Positions 39,330 through 49,673 are shown, counted from the stretch's first letter. The stretch is DNA of 64,000 nucleotides from Dehalococcoidia bacterium (GCA_965207935.1 CBDBNM010000002.1:185055-249054); one strand, 5' to 3'. Made by a program: numbers and translations. Notes: generated by a model from the sequence alone, not told the origin.

Positions 39330-40751
39330 CTAGATGGGTGGGCGGCGGGTGTGCCAGGTGCTGTTCTGCTCGTAGGCGTGGGCCACCTTCAGCACGGTGG
39401 CCTCGTCAAAAGGCCTACCCATGATCTGCAGGCCGATGGGAAGCGGGAGCGCGTCGGAGGTGAACCCGCAGGGCACCGAAAGGGCCGGAACTCCGGTCAG
39501 GTTACCGGGGTTGGTGAAGGTCCTGCGCCCGGAGAAGACGGCCTTCGCCTCAGCCTTGCTTCCAATTCCCGCCGCGGCCGGTATCTTGGGCGCCGGAATA
39601 GAAGAAGTGGGAAGCACCAGCACATCCACGGAGTTGAGGGCTCCCAGCATTTGGTTTCTCAACACTGTCCGCAGCCTCTGGGCCTTATAGTAGGCTTGGG
39701 CCGGGATCAGGCTGCCGCTGAGCTGGCGGATGCGTACGTTGTGGTCATAATCGTCCAGGCGGTCCCTGATCCAGCCCCGCTGCATGGCGGCGCCTTCCAC
39801 CTGCGAGATGGCGCCGAATATCACCGAGCTGCTGGCTATGAGGGGGATGGAGACCTCCTCGACGGAAGCTCCAAGCTCTCCTAACGCCGAGATGGCTGAA
39901 CGCACAGCATCTCGTATCTCCGTCTCTACGCCCTCATGGTCCATCAGCTCCCGGATAACCCCGATCCTGATATTGCTGACGTCGCCATCCAGGGCATCGG
40001 AGTAGCGGGGCACCGGCACATCCCACGTGTAGGGGTCTTTGGGGTCGTGACCTGCAACCGCTTCCAAGGTCATGGCGCAGTCCGACACGGTCCTGGATAT
40101 GGGCCCCCCGATGTCCATGGACCAGACGGCGCCCTGCATCCCGTAGCGGCTCACCCTGCCTTGGCTGGGCCTTATGCCCACCAGCCCGCAGAATGTGGCC
40201 GGCCCCCGGATGGAACCTCCCGTGTCCTCGCCGATGGATGTGGCGCACAGAAAGGCCGATGTGGCCGCCCCGGAGCCGCTGCTGGATGTCCCTGGATTGC
40301 GCTCTAAATCCCAGGGGTTGTGGGGCCTGCCGTAGGGATGGCGGAAGGCATCCCCCATGGCGAACTCGCTCATGTTCAGCTTGCCAAGGAGGACGGAGCC
40401 GGCCTCCTTAAGCTTCGCAACTACTGTCGAATCTTCGTCGGGGATGAAGTCCTTGAGGATGGTCGAGCCGGAAGTGGTGAGAATGCCCTTGGTGTTGAAC
40501 TGGTCCTTTATCGCCACAGGAATGCCGTGCATGGGACCCTTATATTCACCCCGGGCGATGTCCGCCTCAGCCTGGCGGGCGTCGGCCAACGCCTCCTCAC
40601 GGCAGACGGTGATGTAGGAGTTCAGCTTGCCGTCCACATGCTCGATGCGGTCCAGGTACGCCTGGCAGGCTTCGGTGGGAGAGATATTCCTCTGCCGGAT
40701 CTGGTCCGAAAGCTCGGTGGCAGACAAGAAGGGAATGTCGGCAGATGCCAT
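39330..40751 (-). CDS. Amidase signature family enzyme (GatA/AtzE-like)
   Basis: GIPVAIKD, GKLNMSEFA, SSSGSGAA, GEDTGGSIR. Confidence 0.9.
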   Translation of the reverse strand: MASADIPFLSATELSDQIRQRNISPTEACQAYLDRIEHVDGKLNSYITVCREEALADARQAEADIARGEYKGPMHGIPVAIKDQFNTKGILTTSGSTILKDFIPDEDSTVVAKLKEAGSVLLGKLNMSEFAMGDAFRHPYGRPHNPWDLERNPGTSSSGSGAATSAFLCATSIGEDTGGSIRGPATFCGLVGIRPSQGRVSRYGMQGAVWSMDIGGPISRTVSDCAMTLEAVAGHDPKDPYTWDVPVPRYSDALDGDVSNIRIGVIRELMDHEGVETEIRDAVRSAISALGELGASVEEVSIPLIASSSVIFGAISQVEGAAMQRGWIRDRLDDYDHNVRIRQLSGSLIPAQAYYKAQRLRTVLRNQMLGALNSVDVLVLPTSSIPAPKIPAAAGIGSKAEAKAVFSGRRTFTNPGNLTGVPALSVPCGFTSDALPLPIGLQIMGRPFDEATVLKVAHAYEQNSTWHTRRPPI

Positions 40752-40781
40752 GTCACTCCTCTCGGCGCGGGACGTAGTCGG

Positions 40782-41375
40782 CTAGCGGGCGGCCTGGACC
40801 GGCTGGGGGGCGATCCGGGCGGCTGCCGATGGGGCTGTCTTCTGCCCTTCGGCTATATTGTCGGCATCCCACAGCTTGGAGTAGGTGAGGGCCCTGGGAC
40901 AGTGGGTGTAGGCTTCTTCAACCTCGACGACTATCCCCTGCTGCACACCCCGGTTTCCCTCGGAGTAGTACATCTCGTTCTCAACTTCCCACCGGTCCAG
41001 CTCCTCCCGGTCGACCATGATGATCCGCCCATTCACCCGGGCCATATCGGTGCGTCCGGGGATGAAGAAGAGCAGCCCCACGTGGGGGTTCTCATCCATG
41101 TTCAAGTAGGACTGAAACAGCTTGTTCCCAGCCACATCGGGAACAAGGAGGTGGTTGCTATCAACGATGCGCACAAACCCGGGCTTGCCTCCCTTGGGAG
41201 AAGCATCGCACTCTCCTCCCTTGCCGCTGGTAGCCATCACCAGGAATGGGGACTGGGAAATGTATTCCTTGACAGCCTCGGTTAGGACTTCCTGTATCTT
41301 GGTAGCTACCCGCTCGATGGGCAGACCAAACTGGCGGGTGAACCTGTTGTCGAATCCCCCTTGCCATGATTCCAT
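40782..41375 (-). CDS. Pyridoxamine 5'-phosphate oxidase-like flavin-binding protein
   Basis: SPFLVMAT, DASPKGG.PGFV, PD..GN, VGLLFFIPG, HCPRA. Confidence 0.85.
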   Translation of the reverse strand: MESWQGGFDNRFTRQFGLPIERVATKIQEVLTEAVKEYISQSPFLVMATSGKGGECDASPKGGKPGFVRIVDSNHLLVPDVAGNKLFQSYLNMDENPHVGLLFFIPGRTDMARVNGRIIMVDREELDRWEVENEMYYSEGNRGVQQGIVVEVEEAYTHCPRALTYSKLWDADNIAEGQKTAPSAAARIAPQPVQAAR

Positions 41376-41553
41376 ATCATCCTCCCGGAGGGCGCCGATT
41401 CGCCGGAATTGCGCCCTATTCTAACCCTTCTTGCACCGACCTACAACTTGGGTCAGAAGCTGGCGAAATCGCCAGAGGAAGCACTGCGCTTGTATAATGG
41501 GCATCGCCCCGGTGCATACCGGATTAATTCCTGAATTGAAGTGAGGGACCAGA

Positions 41554-41880
41554 ATGTACTTCTTCGATCCTAACGAGCGGGACGCCAAGCAGCTGGCTCC
41601 GGGGGTCATAACTCGCACCTTCTGGGGAGACAACCAACTGCTGTCCATCGTTGAGCTGGAACCCCATTCCGAGGTCCCCAACCACACCCATCCCCATGAG
41701 CAGGGAGGCCTGATGCTGGAAGGGGAGCTGGAGATGAACATAGCGGGCGAGTCCCGCATACTGAAGCCGGGAGACGGCTACGTCATTCCCGGGGGTGTGG
41801 AGCACTACGCCAGGTCCGGCGATGTCCGCGCCAAGGTGCTGGACATCTTCGCCCCAGTGCGGGAAGAGTTCAAGTACTAG
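41554..41880 (+). CDS. Cupin domain protein
   Basis: PNHTHPHEQ, IPGGVEH, DIFAPVRE. Confidence 0.9.
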   Translation: MYFFDPNERDAKQLAPGVITRTFWGDNQLLSIVELEPHSEVPNHTHPHEQGGLMLEGELEMNIAGESRILKPGDGYVIPGGVEHYARSGDVRAKVLDIFAPVREEFKY

Positions 41881-42383
41881 TCCAAGACCTTCCATGAAGA
41901 CAGGGGCCAGTACCTGATCCAGCATTTCCCCAGGAGCATCTCCAGGTCCACCGGGCCGAACTTACGGCTGTCGTCGCTGTCTCGCAGGTTGTCGCCGATC
42001 ACAAAGTACTGGCCTTCGCCCAGGGAGTGCTCCCGGCTGATGGGAGCATCTTTGGCGTCCACGCAGCCCTGGCCAGCAGGCCAATCTTCCAGCGATTCGA
42101 GGGAAGTGCCGTCGATCCGGAGCTTGCCTCCGCTGACCTCGACCACCTCACCGGGCAGCCCGGCGATGCGCTTGATGTAGCTCTTTTCAGGACGGGCTGG
42201 GTGCCGTAGGACCACCACATCGCCCCGGGCTGGGCTCGCCCGGTGGTAGGCCCGGCGGTTCACCAGTAGGTACTGCCCTTCTTCCAGGTAAGGCACCATG
42301 CTCTCGCCCTGGACAACATATCGGGCTGCCGTCAGCAGGTCGAAAAACCTGCTCAGCAGCCCGATATTGGGGATCCAAGCCAT
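41877..42383 (-). CDS. sodX: S26 peptidase, probable Ni-SOD maturation protease
   Basis: GESMVP, RGDVVV, YIKRI, GDN...SDDSR; no TM anchor; immediately downstream of sodN. Confidence 0.8.
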   Translation of the reverse strand: MAWIPNIGLLSRFFDLLTAARYVVQGESMVPYLEEGQYLLVNRRAYHRASPARGDVVVLRHPARPEKSYIKRIAGLPGEVVEVSGGKLRIDGTSLESLEDWPAGQGCVDAKDAPISREHSLGEGQYFVIGDNLRDSDDSRKFGPVDLEMLLGKCWIRYWPLSSWKVLD

Positions 42384-42460
42384 ACTTTCCTATATGTGGG
42401 GAACGGGACTGCACCGCCCTCTTTGGAAGAGTTGGGCAATCTCCCTACCCTAGGACTCTG

Positions 42461-42940
42461 CTAGGAGCCGAACCGCACCGCGGCAACCTCATCCTTGTAC
42501 TCGACGTTCTTGGTTGCCCAGAATATGGTAGCTATTTCGTCCACGGTGGCCACCAGCTGCTGTGCCGCGTCCATGTCCACGTTCTGCTTGTTCCGCGCAG
42601 CCAGCTTGTTGGCCTGCCAGAAGGTGGTGTGGATGTCCGGGTACTTCTCCAGGTGGGTCGGGTTGAAGTAGTCGTGCCAGAGGATGTCCAGCTCCTTCTT
42701 GCACAGGTCAGCGTGCTGTTCCTTGACAGCTATGTAGCGGGACATGGTGTTGGCGTAGGCGGTGTGGTTGTCGCCTTCCTCCAGGGCTTGGATACGCAGC
42801 ACCATCTTCTGCACCGTCTGGGCGGCTATTTTGGCCTGGATAGGATCGTAGATACCACAGGGTATGTCACAGTGGGCATATGCTGCTTTCGCAGGCAGCA
42901 CCCTGTTGATAGCAGCAAACAAGCTCCGAGCGACCTTCAT
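42461..42940 (-). CDS. sodN: Nickel superoxide dismutase precursor
   Basis: Propeptide followed by Ni-hook HCDIPCGIYDP; LWHDYF; FWATK. Confidence 0.96.
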   Translation of the reverse strand: MKVARSLFAAINRVLPAKAAYAHCDIPCGIYDPIQAKIAAQTVQKMVLRIQALEEGDNHTAYANTMSRYIAVKEQHADLCKKELDILWHDYFNPTHLEKYPDIHTTFWQANKLAARNKQNVDMDAAQQLVATVDEIATIFWATKNVEYKDEVAAVRFGS

Positions 42941-43046
42941 GAACTCCTCCCGAAATCAAGTTGGGCGAGGTATCGTCCGACTCGTATTTTAGCGAGTACC
43001 TAGCGGGGCCGCAACTTCGGTAACAGCCGTCCCCGGCTGGCGACCC

Positions 43047-44018
43047 CTAGTTGGGCACCCAGGCCAGTCCCCTTATCTCGGTGAACTCCCGGCGCATCTT
43101 TATCCACCAGTCACCACCGTCGGCGGAAGCGAACACCTGGCCGTAGTGGCTGCACGCCAGAAGCAGGTCGGGGTCGGCCGCGTGGGTGGCGAATGACCAA
43201 ATAGGTGCATTGGGGACTACGGGCAAATTCAAGGTCTCCCAAGACTCGCCCAAATCCCTGGTTCGCTGGATAGCGCCGGTGTCTCCCAGGGCTCCGTTGC
43301 CGTTGCCCACGTAGATCACATTCGGATCATTGGGCTTCTGGGCAAGCTCACGGCAGTAGGGCATGGGGAAGGTCTTCTGAACCTCCAGGCGCCGGAAGGC
43401 TTCTCCCGAATCGGTGCTGGCAAAAATCTCCATGGGAGTGCTGATGAGCACCGTCTTGGGGTTGACTGCGCAGACCATGGTGTCGTGGATGTCGGGGTCA
43501 TCTACCCCTCCGGCCACCCTGGTCCAGGTGTTGCCTCCATCCAGGCTCCGGCGGGCGCCGTCCACCTCGATACCCACCCATATGTTGTTCCCGTCGGTGG
43601 GGTCCACCGTAAGGCCGGTAACCCTGGGCACACCCACGTTGGGGCACTCCTCCACCACTTCGACAGGCAGCTTGTCCCAGTGCTGGCCCCCGTCTTGGGT
43701 GCGATAGATGCCGGCCGGCCTGGTGCCCGCAAAGATGGTGTCCGGATTGGTCTGATCGAAAGCTATCTTCCACACATCTATGTCGTTGAAGGGAGCATCG
43801 AGCTGCTCGAAGGTATTCCCTCGATCATCGCTGCGATAGATGCCGGCGTGGGTGCCGGCAAGGATCACTTCAGGGTCATTGGGATGAGCGGTCACGCTGT
43901 ACACCCGGCAGTCCATCGGGAAGTTCCCACGTGCCCTGCTCCAGCTCTCCCCGCCGTCGGTGCTTCTCCAGATCCCGGAACCCAGGGTTCCCACGCACAC
44001 GGTAAAGTCCTTAGCCAT
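43047..44018 (-). CDS. BNR/Asp-box beta-propeller protein
   Basis: Repeated S.DGG.SW motifs; no signal peptide. Confidence 0.85.
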   Translation of the reverse strand: MAKDFTVCVGTLGSGIWRSTDGGESWSRARGNFPMDCRVYSVTAHPNDPEVILAGTHAGIYRSDDRGNTFEQLDAPFNDIDVWKIAFDQTNPDTIFAGTRPAGIYRTQDGGQHWDKLPVEVVEECPNVGVPRVTGLTVDPTDGNNIWVGIEVDGARRSLDGGNTWTRVAGGVDDPDIHDTMVCAVNPKTVLISTPMEIFASTDSGEAFRRLEVQKTFPMPYCRELAQKPNDPNVIYVGNGNGALGDTGAIQRTRDLGESWETLNLPVVPNAPIWSFATHAADPDLLLACSHYGQVFASADGGDWWIKMRREFTEIRGLAWVPN

Positions 44019-44053
44019 AGCACTTACCTCCTATGATGTGTTGGAACTTGGGC

Positions 44054-45508
44054 CTACTCCTCCCAGTCGAGGAAATCCTTGATCCTATCGACCAGCGGCC
44101 CGGCATCGTAGCCTCTGTACATCAGCATAGCATTGCGCACAGGGTCGCCGGCAAAGTAGCGCTCGTACAGCAGCTGTCGGCCTCCGAAAGCGCTGCAGGC
44201 TGCATCCCAGGCCAGATGGAAAAGCTTGGACCTATCCCTGGCTGTCGCAGCATCCGTTGCCAGGTACCGGCTTACGTCAGGTGAGATAACGGTATCGAAG
44301 TCCGCTTCCGTAGGAAGGGCCATCAGGCTGCTGGAACCCAGGAGCTGGATTATCTCTACCATCCGGGGATAGAGGGTCTCCGCAAAGAGCTGCCGCGCGG
44401 CATTCAGTGGGGCGGGATCAGGACACATAACGCCCCACTGGTTCTCGAAGGCGTCGGCCTCCGCAGCCCTCAGGCATGCCTTGGTAACCTCCAGGAAAAC
44501 TATCAGCTCGGCGACCCTCTGCTGGTTCACGTCGATGTCATCCGACCCCAAGGTCTTCACCATCAGGGCTGCCAGTCCCAGCATGAACTCCGTCTTGGCA
44601 ACGTTCCTGGTGGTGACTTGGTGGCCGGTGTGCAGGGTGTAGCCCGTCTGAGCTCCGTAGTTATTGCACATCTCCACGTCGCCCATAAGGAACATCCGCT
44701 CCCAGGGAACGAGGACGTTGTCGAAGATGACGATGGAGTCCATCTCTTCAAAGCGAGATCCCAGGGGATGGTCGAATGCAGAGCGTCCATGGTCCACGCT
44801 CTCCCTGCAGAGGAACTTCATGCCGGGGGTGTTGCAAGGAATGGCGAAGGCGAACGATTGTCGCCACGCCTCATCGCCGACCATGTGGGTCCTGGTGGGA
44901 TAGACTGCGATCTCGTCGGCAAGGGGTCCAAGGGTGGCCAGCAGGCGGCTGCCTTTCACGACCACCCCGGCATCAGTCTCCTTGACGATGGTCAGGGCAA
45001 TCTGCTCGTCGATGTTGTCGATCACCCCCGGTCGCCGGCTCTTCTGGAAGTTCAGCAAAGTGTGGGTTAGGGCGAGGTCGTGCTCCCGCGCATACTCGTA
45101 GTAGTTTTCGACGTTCTTCTGAAACTCGGGCCGGTTCCTGGCAAAGAACCCACCGGCAGTTCCCCACGATGTGATCACCACGTTCAGAAAGTCGGGGCTT
45201 CTTCCCATCATCCCGCAGCTTGCCCTAGCCCAGTTGGTCATCATGCCCCGTCGCTTCTCCAAGTCTTCGATTGACCGGGGAACTATGAAGGAGAGTCCCA
45301 CCTGTTCCTCGGTGGTGGGGGACTTGTAGGTCATCTCGCCCTTCAGCCGGGGGTCGTGCTGCATATCGTACAGGGAAGCCAGGGAATGCGCGCAGCCTTG
45401 GAGGGACTTGTGGGAGGTGACATCATCCACCCTCTCACCACGGATCCAGACCTCGGCCTGGACTTCCTTCAGCCCCCGAAGGAACTCAGCTCCCGTTCGT
45501 GCTGGCAT
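44054..45508 (-). CDS. hpaB: 4-hydroxyphenylacetate 3-monooxygenase-like oxygenase component
   Basis: GMMGRSPDFLN, LATLGP, FDHPLGSRFEEMD, FGGRQLLYERY. Confidence 0.85.
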   Translation of the reverse strand: MPARTGAEFLRGLKEVQAEVWIRGERVDDVTSHKSLQGCAHSLASLYDMQHDPRLKGEMTYKSPTTEEQVGLSFIVPRSIEDLEKRRGMMTNWARASCGMMGRSPDFLNVVITSWGTAGGFFARNRPEFQKNVENYYEYAREHDLALTHTLLNFQKSRRPGVIDNIDEQIALTIVKETDAGVVVKGSRLLATLGPLADEIAVYPTRTHMVGDEAWRQSFAFAIPCNTPGMKFLCRESVDHGRSAFDHPLGSRFEEMDSIVIFDNVLVPWERMFLMGDVEMCNNYGAQTGYTLHTGHQVTTRNVAKTEFMLGLAALMVKTLGSDDIDVNQQRVAELIVFLEVTKACLRAAEADAFENQWGVMCPDPAPLNAARQLFAETLYPRMVEIIQLLGSSSLMALPTEADFDTVISPDVSRYLATDAATARDRSKLFHLAWDAACSAFGGRQLLYERYFAGDPVRNAMLMYRGYDAGPLVDRIKDFLDWEE

Positions 45509-45547
45509 ACCCAATCACTCCTCAGCAGCAGGGGTCAGAGACGCTCG

Positions 45548-46540
45548 TTAGTAAACTCCGCCCATCTCGCGAAGCAGCCGCGACACTTCCTTGGCATGGT
45601 AGCTCAGGATGATATCGGCACCCGCCCGCTTGATCGAGCTCAACGTTTCGAGCATTACCGCCTGCTCATCGATCCACCCGGCCGCGCCGGCCGCTTTAAC
45701 CATGGAGTACTCACCGCTTACGTTGTAGGCAGCCATGGGGTGGTCGAAGCGCTCCCTTGCGCGAGCCAGGACATCCAGGTAAGCCAGGGCCGGCTTCACC
45801 ATCACGATGTCCGCCCCCTCCTCTATATCCGCCTCGATCTCCCGCATCGCCATGCGCCGGTTGCCTGGTTCCATCTGGTAGCCAAGCCTGTCTCCAAAAC
45901 TCGGCGCCGACTCGGCCGCGACGCGGAAGGGTCCGTAGAAGGCTGATGCGAACTTGGCTGCGTACCCCATGATAGGCACATGTTCGTAGTCGCTGGCATC
46001 CAGCGCGCTCCTGATTGCCCCCACTTGGCCGTCCATCATGGCCGACGGCGCCACCATGTCCGCCCCCGCCAACGCATGGGACAGGGCGGTCTTGGACAGC
46101 AGCTGCAACGTCGCATCGTTCTCTATGCGCCCGTTGCTCACCACACCACAGTGGCCGTGGTCGGTGTACTCGCACAGGCAGACGTCGGTAACTATCATCA
46201 GGTCGGGCACCGCCTGCTTGATGGCCCGGACCGCCTCCTGGACGATCCCCTGTTCGTCGTAGGCTTCCTCACCCAGGGGGTCCTTGCTCTGGGGAATGCC
46301 GAACAGGATGATGCCCCGGATGCCCAGCTCGGCCGCCTCCATCGCTTCTTCCAGAACATAGTCCAGAGAGAGCTGGTCGCAGCCCGGCAGGGGCTCGATG
46401 CTCTGGCGAATGTTGCGCCCGTGGGTGACGAACATGGGGTAGATGAAGTCCGACACAGATAGATGCGTCTCCCTGGACAGGGCGCGCAGAGACTCCTTCT
46501 CCCTAAGTCGGCGCAGGCGTGTATATGGGAAGCCGGCCAC
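45548..46540 (-). CDS. hemB: Porphobilinogen synthase
   Basis: DVCLCEYTDHGHCG, FYGPFR, MVKPA, YNVSGEY. Confidence 0.97.
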   Translation of the reverse strand: MAGFPYTRLRRLREKESLRALSRETHLSVSDFIYPMFVTHGRNIRQSIEPLPGCDQLSLDYVLEEAMEAAELGIRGIILFGIPQSKDPLGEEAYDEQGIVQEAVRAIKQAVPDLMIVTDVCLCEYTDHGHCGVVSNGRIENDATLQLLSKTALSHALAGADMVAPSAMMDGQVGAIRSALDASDYEHVPIMGYAAKFASAFYGPFRVAAESAPSFGDRLGYQMEPGNRRMAMREIEADIEEGADIVMVKPALAYLDVLARARERFDHPMAAYNVSGEYSMVKAAGAAGWIDEQAVMLETLSSIKRAGADIILSYHAKEVSRLLREMGGVY

Positions 46541-46541
46541 G

Positions 46542-48065
46542 TTAGTTCTTCTCCTCCCGGGCGTAGAAGTCCCTGAGGGAATCTACCAATCCCTCAATAG
46601 TATGTTCTTGGGCTACGAAAGCTATGTCAAGCCCTCTTTCCCTGGCCGCGGCGGCCGTCATGGGACCTATGCACCCGATTTGGAGGCCGTCCAGCAGGCT
46701 CTTATTTCCGTCGAGCAGGTCGCACAAGTTGGCGACTGTAGATGCGCTGGTGAAGGTCGCCACATCGACCTTTCCCCGGTTCAGCAGCTCCCTGGCCCTC
46801 TGGGCGGACCCTTCGGGCGTCGTCGTGGTGTAGATGCCGACATCATCGACCTCGGCCCCCATCTCTTTAAGGCCTTGGGGCAGGACATCGTCGGCTAAGG
46901 TGCCGCGAGGCAGCAGCACACGCTTCCCGGCCAGATCAACCGAGGACATTGCGGAAATCAACCCTTCAGAGGAGAACTCTTCCGGCAGGATGTCCGGACG
47001 TATGCCCTGCTGGCTAAGAGCCGAGGCGGTCGACTTACCGATGGCCGCGAGCTTGGTCCCCCCAAGAGCCCTGGAGTCCATTCCCATAACCTTCATGGCG
47101 GCAAAGAAGACATCGACAGCGTTGGTGCTCGTAAACACGACCCAATCGTAGGAAACCAGGTTCTTCAGCGCAGTATCCAGGGCTGTGTTGTCAGGGATGG
47201 GCAAGACCTGGATGGCCGGAAGCTCCACCGGTTGTGCGCCTTCTTTTTGGAGCAGCTTCACCAGGCCGGAAGCTTGTTTGCGGGAGCGGGTTACCAGCAC
47301 CCTCTTCCCGAAAAGGGGAGACCTGTCGAACCATGCACCTTTCTCGTGCAAGCCGACCACATCGCCTATAACGGCGACCACCGGTGCGGAAATACCCGCC
47401 TGCTCGCCCTCATGCGCTATGGAGGTTAGCGTGCCTACCACCTTTCGCTGCTGGGGAGTGGACCCCCATTGCACGAGGGCGGCGGGAGTAGATGGATCCA
47501 TGCCAGCATCCATCAGGGACTCGAAGACCTTTTCCCTGGCTTCCCATCCCATGAGCACCACGATGGTTCCACCGGAGCGGGCGAGGGCGCTCCAATCGGT
47601 CCCGGGGCTGTCCCTGGACGGGTCTTCGGTGCCGCTGACCACCGTGAAGGAGGAAGCTACGCCCCGGTGGGTAAGGGGGATGCCGGCGTAGGCCGGGGCC
47701 GCTATGGCGGACGTCACTCCCGGCACCACCTCGAAGGGCACCTCAGCCTCGGCCAAGGCCTGCACCTCTTCGCCGCCCCGACCGAAGACGAAGGGGTCAC
47801 CGCCCTTCAGCCGGACCACAGTTGCACCATCCTTTGCCCGGGCTACCATCAGATCGTTGATCTCTTCCTGCTCCATGGCCTTGGAGCCGGGCTTCTTGCC
47901 CACGTAGATGCGCTCGGCACCATTGGCTGTGTTCTCCAGAAGCTGACTATTTGCAAGGCGGTCATAGACCACCACATCGGCCTTCCGGAGGCATTCCACG
48001 CCCTTCATGGTTACCAAGCCCGGGTCCCCGGGACCTGCGCCCACAAGGTACACCTTACCGCCCAT
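46542..48065 (-). CDS. cobA/hemD: Fused uroporphyrinogen-III C-methyltransferase / uroporphyrinogen-III synthase
   Basis: VYLVGAGPGDP, RLKGGDPFVFGRGGEE; then LVTR, FTSTNAV, FTSASTV, CIGP. Confidence 0.95.
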   Translation of the reverse strand: MGGKVYLVGAGPGDPGLVTMKGVECLRKADVVVYDRLANSQLLENTANGAERIYVGKKPGSKAMEQEEINDLMVARAKDGATVVRLKGGDPFVFGRGGEEVQALAEAEVPFEVVPGVTSAIAAPAYAGIPLTHRGVASSFTVVSGTEDPSRDSPGTDWSALARSGGTIVVLMGWEAREKVFESLMDAGMDPSTPAALVQWGSTPQQRKVVGTLTSIAHEGEQAGISAPVVAVIGDVVGLHEKGAWFDRSPLFGKRVLVTRSRKQASGLVKLLQKEGAQPVELPAIQVLPIPDNTALDTALKNLVSYDWVVFTSTNAVDVFFAAMKVMGMDSRALGGTKLAAIGKSTASALSQQGIRPDILPEEFSSEGLISAMSSVDLAGKRVLLPRGTLADDVLPQGLKEMGAEVDDVGIYTTTTPEGSAQRARELLNRGKVDVATFTSASTVANLCDLLDGNKSLLDGLQIGCIGPMTAAAARERGLDIAFVAQEHTIEGLVDSLRDFYAREEKN

Positions 48066-48972
48066 GGCCACGCTCCGCCCCTGCGCCCATGACACCCAGC
48101 TCCCGGCAGGCGTCCCGGGCAAGCTTTTCCGGCTGCCCGGCATCACCCTGGACGGTGACACGAAGGGGAGAGTCAGCATTTTCAGGGACGAGGAACAGCG
48201 TTAGCTCCATCATGTCATCATCCGAGGTAGCGTACGCCCCCGCCGGCAGGCTGCAACCGCTGCCCAGCTCCTCCAGAAATGCTCGCTCGCAGGTTACCTC
48301 ACGCCTGGTGCCGTGGTGATCGATGTAGGAGACCATATCCATGGCCCTGCCGTCATCGCTCCGCGCCTCTACAGCCAGGGCTCCCTGGCCCGGGGCGGGG
48401 ACGAACTCCTTTGGCTGGAGGTATTCGGACACCCGGTCCACCATTTCCAGGCGGTCCAGCCCTGCGGCCGCAAGCACCGCGCCATCGTAGTCAGCACCGG
48501 CGGACTTCTCGAGGCGGGTCTCCACATTCCCCCGGATGGGGACTACCTGGACATCGGGGCGCAGGTGGTTCACCTGTGCTTCCCTTCTTGGGCTGCTGGT
48601 GCCGATCCTGGCCCCCGCCGGCAGCTGGGCCAGGGTGCATCCCCACTTGTTGACCAGGACATCCCTTGGGTCTCCGCGGCGAAGCACCGCTCCCAGGGTC
48701 AGGCCGTCAGTGATCAGGGTTGGCAGGTCCTTGAGGCTGTGCACCGCAAGGTCTATGGAGCCTTCCAGCAAGCTCCGTTCGATCTCCTTGATGAAGGCCC
48801 CCACCCCCAGGCTGGGCAAGGGAACGTCAGCCCTTCTGTCGCCGGAGGTTGAGATGGTCACGATCTCGAATTCGACATCGGGGTAGGCTGCGTGGAGCTG
48901 TCGTACAACCTCGTCGGTCTGTCGCAGGGCCAGCTTGCTGCCCCGGGTTCCCACCCTTACCACGCCAGCCAT
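48055..48972 (-). CDS. hemC: Hydroxymethylbilane synthase
   Basis: GTRGSKLALRQ, AVHSLKD, GTSSPRR, RGNVETR, GCSLP. Confidence 0.97.
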   Translation of the reverse strand: MAGVVRVGTRGSKLALRQTDEVVRQLHAAYPDVEFEIVTISTSGDRRADVPLPSLGVGAFIKEIERSLLEGSIDLAVHSLKDLPTLITDGLTLGAVLRRGDPRDVLVNKWGCTLAQLPAGARIGTSSPRREAQVNHLRPDVQVVPIRGNVETRLEKSAGADYDGAVLAAAGLDRLEMVDRVSEYLQPKEFVPAPGQGALAVEARSDDGRAMDMVSYIDHHGTRREVTCERAFLEELGSGCSLPAGAYATSDDDMMELTLFLVPENADSPLRVTVQGDAGQPEKLARDACRELGVMGAGAERGHGR

Positions 48973-48979
48973 CGGGCGC

Positions 48980-49666
48980 CTAACTTAGCGGGCCGACCAC
49001 CTGAGACACCGCCGCACTCCCCACCGCCCCCTCAGGCCCGCCCTGCAGAAAGCTCATAAGCGCGTCCAGCGCCTCCTCGGACTTCCCGGCATCCACAAGG
49101 TCTATCAGGCTTTCGGTGATGCCCTTCTGCCATCGGTCGACATCCACCGATAAGCCCCGCTGCTTGACCAAGGTGCGAGCCGTGGAAAGCACACCGGCCA
49201 GGTCCGCGTACCGGAGCAAGTCGCTATCCTGTATCGTCTCCTTAAGCTTGCGGGCGAGGGCAGGGCTGCTCCCACCGGTGGAAATAGCCAGCGTGACCTC
49301 TCCCCGCCTGACGATCGAAGGCGCGATGAAGGTGCACAGAGGCGCATCATCCACCACGTTCAGCACCACCTTCTCCCTCTCGGCCTCCGCAGCTATAGCT
49401 TGGTTGACATCCCGGGCGTCGGTAGCTGCGATGGCCAGGAAAACGCCCTTCAGGTCGCCCTGTTGGTACCGCCGGGCATGCCACACTATGCGGCCAGCGC
49501 GGGCAAGTTCTTGCAGGTTTGGGGTGATGTCAGGGCTGATCAGGGTAACCTCGGCGGAGCCGTCCAGGAGACCCTCTACCTTGCGTTCGCCGATCTCACC
49601 GCCGCCGATGACGACGCAGCGTTTCCCCCGCAAATCCAGGTACACCGGGTAATACTGGTTGGACAT
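48980..49666 (-). CDS. Precorrin-2 dehydrogenase / sirohydrochlorin ferrochelatase (SirC/Met8-like)
   Basis: YYPVYLDL, VIGGG.IG.RK, NVVD, ISTGGSSPALA. Confidence 0.92.
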   Translation of the reverse strand: MSNQYYPVYLDLRGKRCVVIGGGEIGERKVEGLLDGSAEVTLISPDITPNLQELARAGRIVWHARRYQQGDLKGVFLAIAATDARDVNQAIAAEAEREKVVLNVVDDAPLCTFIAPSIVRRGEVTLAISTGGSSPALARKLKETIQDSDLLRYADLAGVLSTARTLVKQRGLSVDVDRWQKGITESLIDLVDAGKSEEALDALMSFLQGGPEGAVGSAAVSQVVGPLS

Positions 49667-49673
49667 GGCTGCC

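Noticed and set aside
39330-40751. gatA
   Set aside because: Not linked to gatB/gatC and I do not see GatA-specific motifs; treated as a generic amidase.
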